DNA of 36,468 nt from a virus. Lineage: Duplodnaviria > Caudoviricetes. The stretch covers positions 1 through 36,468 of IMG/VR virus record IMGVR_UViG_3300032335_001107; one strand, 5' to 3'. A program made the translations under genes and the position numbers. The notes below the pieces were generated by a model. The model worked only from the letters and a program-made list of their open reading frames with translations. It was not told the DNA's origin and searched no databases. Of this stretch, positions 29,305-36,454 are shown piece after piece; the stretch's first letter is position 1; every line of letters starts with the position of its first letter.

Positions 29305-29508
29305 TCATTTTATTTCCTTATTATTTTTACTTAATACAAAATATTTAATATTGTTATGCCCACATACTTCGCAAGCTATATCCGAGTAATAATCAAAAGA
29401 TTTAAAATGTTTTTGATTATTAATTAGTAAATCTATTTTATTTATTTTATGGCTTTTATTGCAGCAATAATTTAATAAATTTGTTTTTCTTGTTTTTATT
29501 TTAATCAT
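29305..29508 (-). CDS. Hypothetical protein, possible Zn binder
   Basis: YCC...CEVC. Confidence 0.5.
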   Translation of the reverse strand: MIKIKTRKTNLLNYCCNKSHKINKIDLLINNQKHFKSFDYYSDIACEVCGHNNIKYFVLSKNNKEIK

Positions 29509-29518
29509 TCATTATGCC

Positions 29519-29809
29519 TTATGTAATATTTAAATCAATTCTAATGACTTCTTTTTTTGGTTCAGTTTCTATAAATTTATTTATTAGCTCTTGATCCCAA
29601 TCTGTATGATATTCTAAATATTCTTTAAAATTTTGCGTAGAATCAAATATTTTATCGTCATACTCTATGTAATAACATTCTTTAATGTCTTCAATGTAGC
29701 ACTCATTCCATACAAATTCTTCACATACAACATCCTGATTACAAAAAAATACTACTTGCTTGTCTTTTGGGAATTGATTAAGTTTATTTATTAAATCTTG
29801 ATTAGTCAT
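29519..29809 (-). CDS. Hypothetical acidic protein, paralogue B1
   Basis: MTNQDLINKLNQFPKD; similar to 30254-30583. Confidence 0.7.
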   Translation of the reverse strand: MTNQDLINKLNQFPKDKQVVFFCNQDVVCEEFVWNECYIEDIKECYYIEYDDKIFDSTQNFKEYLEYHTDWDQELINKFIETEPKKEVIRIDLNIT

Positions 29810-29996
29810 GTTCTAATTTATCCCGTAAAGCTCTTAATTTAAAAATTAAATTTTCTATACTAATATCATAATTGCTACTTATTCTATATATATTATCTAA
29901 ATTTATTCTAGTTACCATTATTCTTTGAGTTAAGTATAACATTTCTTCAAAATCTTTTCCTACTTGATTTAGCAATTCTTTAAGTTCATTATCCAT
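29802..29996 (-). CDS. Hypothetical helical protein, paralogue A1
   Basis: Ends LRALRDKLEHD. Confidence 0.7.
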   Translation of the reverse strand: MDNELKELLNQVGKDFEEMLYLTQRIMVTRINLDNIYRISSNYDISIENLIFKLRALRDKLEHD

Positions 29997-30275
29997 TTAT
30001 TCCATATCTCCATTATCTTTAAATTCCATGCCATAGTATTTTGCTTTGACCGAACCAGTATAGTATACAGATTCGTAAACTGTATAAATATTACTAATAT
30101 TTGATTGGTTATTTAATGCATGACATTTTTTAATAGCAATGTCATACGTATCGTAAACACCAATTACATTACCAATTACATATGAATCAGATTCAATAAC
30201 GGCCCATGTTTTTTTAGGCTTGTCGTACGTAACTGTTAATTTGTTAGATTCGGTCATGCTTCTATTGTTATCCAT
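29997..30275 (-). CDS. Hypothetical protein
   Basis: Contains VIGVYDTYDIA; start probably MTESNK at 30257. Confidence 0.65.
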   Translation of the reverse strand: MDNNRSMTESNKLTVTYDKPKKTWAVIESDSYVIGNVIGVYDTYDIAIKKCHALNNQSNISNIYTVYESVYYTGSVKAKYYGMEFKDNGDME

Positions 30276-30583
30276 AATCCTTTTATTTTTTTTTGTTTTT
30301 TCATTCTAATATTAATTGTATTTTCTATTTCCTTTTTAGTCCAAGATAAATCTATTTCATTTTCTTCGTCAATTTTTTCTATTAATTCATCTTCCGTATT
30401 AACTTCATTATCTATATCTACATAATATTCATAATTATCATTAACAAAATCTATACATGAATAATGATTAAATGGATTTGGAAAATCTATTGATCCTCCC
30501 TCTTTGCAATGACTTACGATAATATGTATATCATCATTTGGATTTTCTTTTTCTAATCTTTCTAATAATTCTTTTACTTTCAT
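30254..30583 (-). CDS. Hypothetical acidic protein, paralogue B2
   Basis: MKVKELLERLEKENPND; AAGGA SD upstream. Confidence 0.7.
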   Translation of the reverse strand: MKVKELLERLEKENPNDDIHIIVSHCKEGGSIDFPNPFNHYSCIDFVNDNYEYYVDIDNEVNTEDELIEKIDEENEIDLSWTKKEIENTINIRMKKQKKIKGLWITIEA

Positions 30584-30598
30584 ATTTTTTCCTTTGAT

Positions 30599-30823
30599 TT
30601 AGTCATTTTCTAATTTATCCTTTAATGCCCTTGTATATGTCATTAGTTCGTTTAATTGAAATAAATATTCTTCCTTAATTATCTCTAATTCGTATACATA
30701 ATCTAAATCATCCATGTAAGGATAATTTTTATTTAAATTATTAATTTTTTTAAAATTACAATCCATTAAATCATCAAAGATTCTATCAATTCCACATATT
30801 AAATGTATCAATTCGTCATCCAT
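30599..30823 (-). CDS. Hypothetical helical protein, paralogue A2
   Basis: Ends YTRALKDKLEND. Confidence 0.7.
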   Translation of the reverse strand: MDDELIHLICGIDRIFDDLMDCNFKKINNLNKNYPYMDDLDYVYELEIIKEEYLFQLNELMTYTRALKDKLEND

Positions 30824-31013
30824 TTTCTATTTTATCCCTCAAAGCCCTTGTGTATAAAATCAAATTGTTACATCTATTATTAATTATATTCCTAGTCATA
30901 TCGATTCCATTATCTGTAATATTATATTTAGCAACTTTAATTTCATCCCTTAACTGTTTAAGCCAATAATCAATTTCTTGTATATAATCAATTTCATTCA
31001 TAATCATAACCAA
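30816..31013 (-). CDS. Hypothetical helical protein, paralogue A3
   Basis: Ends YTRALRDKIENG; start probably MNEID at 31001. Confidence 0.7.
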   Translation of the reverse strand: MVMIMNEIDYIQEIDYWLKQLRDEIKVAKYNITDNGIDMTRNIINNRCNNLILYTRALRDKIENG

Positions 31014-31305
31014 TTCTTTCCAAAATCAAGTATATAATCATATCATCGTCTTTAATCCCAAAACTATAATATAATTTTTTAGCTTTTGCAGGCTCTAATC
31101 CAGTATCTATATATAAATCCCGATCAAAAACATTAAAAAAATAATCAATATGCATATCTACAATTTTTGCTTCAAATTGATATTTATGTTTTATTAATAT
31201 TTTGCAGATTTCACCATCGGTAAATTTTTTATCAAATTTTCTTATCGTGGAAATGTATTTATTGCTTAGTTTATTATTATAATTTTCGTCAAAATTAATT
31301 GTCAT
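30994..31305 (-). CDS. ASCH/PUA-like domain protein
   Basis: INF...K...STIRK...F..G, DTG...LY pattern. Confidence 0.55.
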   Translation of the reverse strand: MTINFDENYNNKLSNKYISTIRKFDKKFTDGEICKILIKHKYQFEAKIVDMHIDYFFNVFDRDLYIDTGLEPAKAKKLYYSFGIKDDDMIIYLILERIGYDYE

Positions 31306-31433
31306 ATGTCAAGCCTTCTTATAATAATTGCATACCGAAACAAAAAATAAACCTTACAATTTATTTGGTATCTCTCGGTAAATAGCAGGTTTTCTATGTT
31401 TTTAATTTGAATGAGGTGTTTAAATATTATCAT
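31302..31433 (-). CDS. Hypothetical protein, 43 aa (not in ORF track)
   Basis: MIIFKHLIQIKNIENLLFTERYQINCKVYFLFRYAIIIRRLDI*; ATGA overlap downstream. Confidence 0.4.
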   Translation of the reverse strand: MIIFKHLIQIKNIENLLFTERYQINCKVYFLFRYAIIIRRLDI

Positions 31434-31437
31434 AGTT

Positions 31438-31566
31438 TTAATCCATAAACTTTTTATGTTTATATAAATGCCATAGTCTATGTGTTAAAATTTCATATCC
31501 TAATTCTATCCAAGAATCACTTTCGTAATATCCAACTTTGCATTCCATCCTATATTTTGATTTCAT
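31438..31566 (-). CDS. Hypothetical protein, 42 aa (not in ORF track)
   Basis: MKSKYRMECKVGYYESDSWIELGYEILTHRLWHLYKHKKFMD*; ATGA overlap upstream. Confidence 0.55.
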   Translation of the reverse strand: MKSKYRMECKVGYYESDSWIELGYEILTHRLWHLYKHKKFMD

Positions 31567-31847
31567 AGTTTTAATCCTTTGTGTTCTAATCTATTCGCAA
31601 GATCAGAAATCATATTTTCGAATAAATTATTATAACTTCCATGTAATACATTTTCCTGTATTTGCATAATATCGCAAACTAAGCTCAATCCTGAATTAGA
31701 TTGGCTAAAATTTACAACATAACAGTTTTCGCCATCGTCGTCTTTGTATCGTTTTTCTATTATTCCTTTTAATAGCCAACCAATAAAAATCATATATACG
31801 GTGTCATTTTTTTTAAATTTGTATTTCAAATTAATACCCCCAGGCAT
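31563..31847 (-). CDS. Hypothetical SH3/KOW-like protein
   Basis: YKFKKNDTVY...KGIIE...YVV pattern; start may be TTG at 31829. Confidence 0.55.
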   Translation of the reverse strand: MPGGINLKYKFKKNDTVYMIFIGWLLKGIIEKRYKDDDGENCYVVNFSQSNSGLSLVCDIMQIQENVLHGSYNNLFENMISDLANRLEHKGLKL

Positions 31848-32505
31848 TTAAAGTATGCTCAAATTTTCCTGTTTGTCTTACAAGTTCTAGCATCTGACTG
31901 GCTATCTCATTGATTTCTAATTGTGCATGTTTTGATTTTCTAAGTTTGAGAAAGTTTGCAAAGCTTCGCATATTGAACATTATATCGGATTGAATTTGAC
32001 TGTTATACATTTTAAAATATCTTGCAATTTCTTTAGCTCTTTTTCTTCCTAATTTTTTTTCAATGTCTTTTAATGCCAAGTGATACAATCTATTCGTTTC
32101 AATTGCAAATTCTTCTAACACATGACCCCAACTTTGATCGCCCTTATAAAATGGCATTTCATCATCAAAAATATATATATCTTCTGTTAGCCAAACTTTA
32201 TATAAATCCTCTGGGATGTAATATTTGTCCTCTTTCAGTTCTTTGTATCTCGCTGATTCTGCATTTTCAGATGATAATCTATGCTTTAAAATTTGGATAT
32301 GGCTCGCAATGTCCTTATTAATAAGAAAATGTACTACACCTTTTTCGAATGGTGTTTCATGTCCATTCGACCAAAGATCATTCAATAGTTTCGGAATACG
32401 TTCTCTCTTCTCGTCTGTCAATTCTCTGGATGTGCTTGTCCATGCACTACATGCAATCAGTTCATCGTCTCCATAAATTCCAATTAGCTCAACTGTATTA
32501 TTCAT
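31831..32505 (-). CDS. thyX: FAD-dependent thymidylate synthase
   Basis: GHETPFE, ThyX motif variant KHRLSSENAESARY, NMRSFANFLKLR...HAQLEI. Confidence 0.93.
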   Translation of the reverse strand: MNNTVELIGIYGDDELIACSAWTSTSRELTDEKRERIPKLLNDLWSNGHETPFEKGVVHFLINKDIASHIQILKHRLSSENAESARYKELKEDKYYIPEDLYKVWLTEDIYIFDDEMPFYKGDQSWGHVLEEFAIETNRLYHLALKDIEKKLGRKRAKEIARYFKMYNSQIQSDIMFNMRSFANFLKLRKSKHAQLEINEIASQMLELVRQTGKFEHTLNAWGY

Positions 32506-32719
32506 TTTCTAATTTCTCTAAATTCTCAATTTCCCTTCCGAGATACCAAATAGCTTTTTTTAGATCCTCTATTTTATCAGGCGTTTTTAAGCCAGCTCTC
32601 AATATGTATTTCACTACATTTCCCATGTTAAAATTTAATTCGTAATACTCTATAATTTTAATCGGTTCATGTGGGTTATTGTCTCCACCATAGTAAGCAG
32701 GTCTATTTTCATTATCCAT
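32498..32719 (-). CDS. DUF3310 protein (T7 gp1.7-like nucleotide kinase family)
   Basis: RPAYY...EPIKII...FNMGNVVKYILRAGLK...EDLKKAIWYL. Confidence 0.88.
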   Translation of the reverse strand: MDNENRPAYYGGDNNPHEPIKIIEYYELNFNMGNVVKYILRAGLKTPDKIEDLKKAIWYLGREIENLEKLENE

Positions 32720-32909
32720 TTTTTAACTCCGCATCCAAATCATCTTGAAATTCGAAAAAATCCTCATTCAATCCATTATACTCTATGTAAGACATTGCTT
32801 TTACTAATCTGTCAAATAGTACATCGCTAGATTTTTTATTAATTCCTTTATTATAAAATTCCTTATGCACTTCGGTATATATATCTTTTTTTGTGGTTAT
32901 TTCATCCAT
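32712..32909 (-). CDS. Hypothetical protein
   Basis: 65 aa, GAGG SD, coupled to DUF3310 gene. Confidence 0.6.
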   Translation of the reverse strand: MDEITTKKDIYTEVHKEFYNKGINKKSSDVLFDRLVKAMSYIEYNGLNEDFFEFQDDLDAELKNG

Positions 32910-32922
32910 TTTTGACCCTCAT

Positions 32923-32945
32923 AAAAATGGGGATTTCTCCCCATT
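32923..32945 (-). terminator. Hairpin, possible weak intrinsic terminator
   Basis: On the - strand AATGGGGA-GAAA-TCCCCATT followed by a short T run, after the RHH gene. Confidence 0.5.
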
Positions 32946-32949
32946 GAAT

Positions 32950-33111
32950 TTATTTTACCTTTTTTGATTTACCAATTTTTGACTCGATCAAGTTACGAAC
33001 GAAAACCGATATGTTTACGTTTTCTTTTTTGGCTGCAATCGTAATTTGTCTTTTTTGTGATGCAGTTACTTTTACTACTATTTTGTTGTCATACAATTCT
33101 TGTGTTTTCAT
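32950..33111 (-). CDS. Ribbon-helix-helix protein, 53 aa (not in ORF track)
   Basis: MKTQELYDNKIVVKVTASQKRQITIAAKKENVNISVFVRNLIESKIGKSKKVK*; ATGA-coupled. Confidence 0.7.
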   Translation of the reverse strand: MKTQELYDNKIVVKVTASQKRQITIAAKKENVNISVFVRNLIESKIGKSKKVK

Positions 33112-33290
33112 TTAATTAACCTTTTGTTATATTCGTCTTGTGCTAAATTTAATTTTTCTATTTCTTTGTTGTCAGTTACCTGTATAACAAAACCATCATC
33201 GTTTTTAAACCAATTAAAATTTTGTTTTATATACGATGATTTGGAATTTATTTCAAACTCCAAAAGATGATTTAATTTTTTAAACTTCAT
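33108..33290 (-). CDS. Hypothetical protein
   Basis: 60 aa, GGAG SD upstream. Confidence 0.6.
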   Translation of the reverse strand: MKFKKLNHLLEFEINSKSSYIKQNFNWFKNDDGFVIQVTDNKEIEKLNLAQDEYNKRLIK

Positions 33291-33328
33291 ATTTTATTCT
33301 CCAATAAAATTTTTATTTTTGATTATAT

Positions 33329-33931
33329 TTATAATCCAGTGTAATACCAACAGGTTCGTGCTACGTTGGTTTTTATGGTTTTTCCTTGTGAATCTGCATT
33401 TCGAAAAATTCTTTCCAATACAAATTTTTCGGAGTATTCTACATTAGATCCATCGCTTGTAAATCCTTCGCCATTGTATGCTAAGGTTTTTTCAGAGCAT
33501 TTACCATAACTGTCATGCCATTTATTATTTCCGATGTATAAAATTATATGCCCAGATCCGGTTATCATGCTACCGACTTCGACCGGACTACGTTTTTCTT
33601 TAGCAATATTTTTTACCTGTATCCAATTAAAAACTCCAGATACAAATTTTTGAGGTAATTTGAGAGATTTTAATTTTTGATTTATAACTTCGGCGTGATT
33701 GCTGGAATTATATCTACGGGATTCAATTTCTTTTTCGGATCTCCCTACCAGGGTAAGATGTTCTAATTCTGTATAATTTGATAATTCAAAGATATTTAAT
33801 TTGTCACCTAACCAGTTTGCGAGCATTGTAAATGTAGCGACCATGCATTGATTGTTAGGATCAGATTTACCAGTAAATGGGTTTTTGTTGTCACGCTGGG
33901 TAAGGTACCTAGGTGTGGGTGTTATTTCCAT
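33329..33931 (-). CDS. Peptidase C39-like (papain-fold) protein, probable endolysin
   Basis: YLTQRDN...QC (Cys), GHIILY (His), HDSYG (Asp); no other muralytic gene found. Confidence 0.7.
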   Translation of the reverse strand: MEITPTPRYLTQRDNKNPFTGKSDPNNQCMVATFTMLANWLGDKLNIFELSNYTELEHLTLVGRSEKEIESRRYNSSNHAEVINQKLKSLKLPQKFVSGVFNWIQVKNIAKEKRSPVEVGSMITGSGHIILYIGNNKWHDSYGKCSEKTLAYNGEGFTSDGSNVEYSEKFVLERIFRNADSQGKTIKTNVARTCWYYTGL

Positions 33932-33948
33932 TATAATTTATCTCCCAT

Positions 33949-33979
33949 AAAATAAAAGGCGGATGTATGGGCATCCGCC
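33949..33979 (-). terminator. Intrinsic terminator upstream of the endolysin gene
   Basis: On the - strand GGCGGATG-CCCATA-CATCCGCC followed by TTTTATTTT. Confidence 0.75.
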
Positions 33980-33986
33980 GAGATCA

Positions 33987-34014
33987 ATATTATGTCAGGT
34001 ATTTTTTTTGTCAA
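33987..34014 (-). promoter_or_regulatory. Candidate sigma70 promoter
   Basis: TTGACA (34014-34009), 16-nt spacer, TAATAT. Confidence 0.4.
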
Positions 34015-34034
34015 GTGATTAACTAAAATCCAAA

Positions 34035-34190
34035 TTATCTGTATGTTATTATCCAAGATTTTTTCTTTTGGATCGCTATTAGATCGTAATCAACTACGAC
34101 CAATTTTGCACCAAAATATGATCCTGCATCGATCATATTTTCTATTTTTATTTTATTTATTTTTTTTGCAGTTTTATTTATAATTTTCAT
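34035..34190 (-). CDS. Hypothetical basic protein, 51 aa (not in ORF track)
   Basis: MKIINKTAKKINKIKIENMIDAGSYFGAKLVVVDYDLIAIQKKKSWIITYR*; AAGGAG SD. Confidence 0.6.
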   Translation of the reverse strand: MKIINKTAKKINKIKIENMIDAGSYFGAKLVVVDYDLIAIQKKKSWIITYR

Positions 34191-34201
34191 TGCGATCTCC
34201 T

Positions 34202-34399
34202 TTATTGTATAACCTGTGCCTGAATTCTATCTAGTGGAATTTTCCATTCGTTGGATAATCTGTTGATTGTCGCAAATGATGGTTTATTTTTAAAAATTGC
34301 AATCCTGTAGTAATTTCCATCGGTTGTAAACCAACCGACTTGGTATTTGTATCCAGATCTCTGAATAATTTTTGATTTTAAGTTTAATTCTAGTTTCAT
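34202..34399 (-). CDS. Hypothetical early protein
   Basis: 65 aa, AAGGAG SD, first gene after a promoter. Confidence 0.65.
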   Translation of the reverse strand: MKLELNLKSKIIQRSGYKYQVGWFTTDGNYYRIAIFKNKPSFATINRLSNEWKIPLDRIQAQVIQ

Positions 34400-34427
34400 A
34401 GTGTTTGATCTCCTTTGATCTATTAAT

Positions 34428-34503
34428 ACTATCGTTTATTTATCCTAAAAAGTCAACTTTTTTTTACTAAAAAATACTAAAAATTACATTTTTTTTACTA
34501 AAA
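34428..34503 (-). promoter_or_regulatory. Early leftward promoter with A-tract UP region
   Basis: TTGACT (34456-34451), 17-nt spacer, GATAGT; upstream A-tracts and three TACTAAAA copies. Confidence 0.55.
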
Positions 34504-34667
34504 TTCTAGTGGTTTATACACCTATTTTTAGTCAAATTAAACTATACATATGTTAGTGTAATACGCAAAAAATCCAATAAAAACGCATTTATTATGTCTT
34601 ATAATATCCCTTTTTGTAGATAAAATTTTGTTGTTAAGCAATCCCGAAAAAATCCGACATAATATTT

Positions 34668-35171
34668 ATGGAGATAAACAAAATGAACAAATCAAAATTT
34701 TTTGAATTTTTTAAAACAAAACGGCTTAAACTAAGCTTAGTTATATTTTTTGGGACTATTGGCGTGGTATCCAATTATTCAGCATTAAAATATTTTCTTG
34801 GACAGACTAGAATGGATTTTATAGGATCTGAATTTAGTCTTACAATCTATGCTATTGGTATCACTATGGCTCTCGATGTGAGTATTATTGTATTTCATTT
34901 GGCAAGGATTTACGGTCTAATGTTAGGATCAGCTTTACTAGCATTTATGATTTCGCTCGGTGCAAATACTACTACGTATTTCGCATGTGCTGGATCTTGC
35001 AAAAATGCCCTGGATGATTTTGGTACTATTGTAATGTTTAGCCAATCACTTGTTATGTCTGTACTACCGATTATTATTATAGTTTATTTAACGGAATTGG
35101 CTGTAAAACAATACGATGCAGAAATTGAAGAAGTTTATAAAAATTCTTGGCAAGATATTAAATTAGATTAA
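34668..35171 (+). CDS. Four-TM membrane protein, stand-alone divergent gene; start may be 34683
   Basis: Four hydrophobic segments, CAGSC loop; GGAG before ATG 34683. Confidence 0.7.
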   Translation: MEINKMNKSKFFEFFKTKRLKLSLVIFFGTIGVVSNYSALKYFLGQTRMDFIGSEFSLTIYAIGITMALDVSIIVFHLARIYGLMLGSALLAFMISLGANTTTYFACAGSCKNALDDFGTIVMFSQSLVMSVLPIIIIVYLTELAVKQYDAEIEEVYKNSWQDIKLD

Positions 35172-35188
35172 ATTTATAATCAGAAAAG

Positions 35189-35232
35189 AAAAAACTTATG
35201 ACTCAGTCACCAAACTTAACCATAAGTTTTTT
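35189..35232. terminator. Inverted repeat between convergent genes, possible bidirectional terminator
   Basis: AAAAAACTTATG-N20-CATAAGTTTTTT. Confidence 0.4.
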
Positions 35233-35313
35233 TGAATTTATTGAACAAGTATTTACTCACATAAAAAACTTAAAAACATCTTATAATAATTAAAAATTTT
35301 TTGCAAGTATTTT

Positions 35314-35532
35314 TTAAACATATCCCTTATCCTGTATTTCAGGCTCCTCAACAAAAAAATTAGTCATGCCCTTTCCAATAGTCCCGATTAGAATACAAAT
35401 CAAAGCCAACCATTTTTCTTCCATGATAACAGCGTATCCTGTCAAAAACTGCGACATACCTAGTAACGCATCACCAAGCTTTCTAAAATTTTTTGGTGTA
35501 GGCTTGTAATATCCATTTATATCAAATTTCAT
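35314..35532 (-). CDS. Putative holin (2 TM)
   Basis: YYKPTPKNFRKLGD N-terminus, two hydrophobic helices, 72 aa. Confidence 0.55.
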   Translation of the reverse strand: MKFDINGYYKPTPKNFRKLGDALLGMSQFLTGYAVIMEEKWLALICILIGTIGKGMTNFFVEEPEIQDKGYV

Positions 35533-35533
35533 T

Positions 35534-35737
35534 TTATTTTACCTTAATCAGTAATTGTTTTACGTCTGCTTTTATTTCTCTTAGCTCATCTTTAATTTCT
35601 TGGACAATTTTGCGATCTTGCTGGGTTTCACTTTCTAGCTTAACAATACGTATTTCGTGGGTATAGTATGCGACCGACAAGGAAACAATAAAGCTTCCGT
35701 ATGTCAGAATATCTTTAAAATCAAATTTAAATTCCAT
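35534..35737 (-). CDS. TM plus coiled-coil protein (XhlA-like lysis accessory)
   Basis: N-terminal TM, RIVKLE...IKDELREIKADVKQLL; adjacent to the holin-like gene. Confidence 0.5.
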   Translation of the reverse strand: MEFKFDFKDILTYGSFIVSLSVAYYTHEIRIVKLESETQQDRKIVQEIKDELREIKADVKQLLIKVK

Positions 35738-35891
35738 ATATACTAATTGTTTATAGCAGGTTTAAAAAAAATCCATTCTTTTTTAAGTGATTTTATACAA
35801 AAAAAAGAACAGATCAAAAATACACAAAGGATTATTATTGGAGATAATAATTTAGTAATACATAGTGTATCTCAGTAGTCAAGTTTTATTT

Positions 35892-36299
35892 CTGTCCCAG
35901 TTTTTGACGTTTTTGGATGTAAAACTATCCAACAAACTAGACAAAATGAATCAATAGAATCAATGTTTTTTGTATCTTAAAAAATAACTAGACAGCAACT
36001 ATCCAACAACTATCCAAAGAAAAAACCCTTTATTCCCTTATATTATATATATATTTTATAAAATATATATATATATATATAGTAAAAAACATGGATATAG
36101 ATATATTCCTCTTTATATAAAAAAAAATTAAAATCAAAATTTATGAATTACAATATCTTAGTTATAATAGCTCGCAAGGTCTTTTTCAACTAGCCAGGTT
36201 AAAAAACTGGGACAGCATCAATTTAAGTCAATAGAATCAGGGTTAAACGTGGATAGTTTGCGTTAGACGGCATGGATAGTAAAACTAGCCAACTAGCCA
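35892..36299. repeat. Iteron array flanking a (TA)n tract; candidate replication origin
   Basis: Ten copies of AACTA(T/G)(C/A)CA, a 14-bp inverted repeat, a 12-bp direct repeat and a central pure-AT tract at about 36038-36081. Confidence 0.65.
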
Positions 36300-36454
36300 T
36301 AGAATAAAAATACGCTATACAATTGATTTTAAGCCATTTTAAAAGCTTTGTAGGTCTGGCATGGTAAAGTAGTTTTAAACGTCTTACAGTTCAATCTGTG
36401 AGTCGTTAAGGGCAAAAAAATCAAAAGGTACTGTGCCAAATCTATAGCTAAATG

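Noticed and set aside
8-32645. Many 60-144 aa antisense or off-frame ORFs in the track (e.g. 5116-5550, 11301-11690, 21589-21918)
   Set aside because: They lie within well-supported genes, lack SD sequences and motifs, and look like shadow frames
34465-34503. TACTAAAA repeats (also at 71-78) as a shared operator
   Set aside because: An AT-rich 8-mer in an AT-rich genome, adequately explained as UP-element sequence; cannot be distinguished from chance by eye
124-35737. Alternative genetic code or stop-codon reassignment
   Set aside because: Core genes are full length in the standard code, all three stops are used, and gaps fill with short coupled ORFs
36038-36081. (TA)n tract as a hairpin-telomere (protelomerase) site
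   Set aside because: Symmetry comes from low complexity and no TelN-like gene is present
35920-36300. Repeat cluster as a CRISPR or mini-CRISPR array
   Set aside because: Repeats are only 9 bp, irregularly spaced and in both orientations; no cas genes
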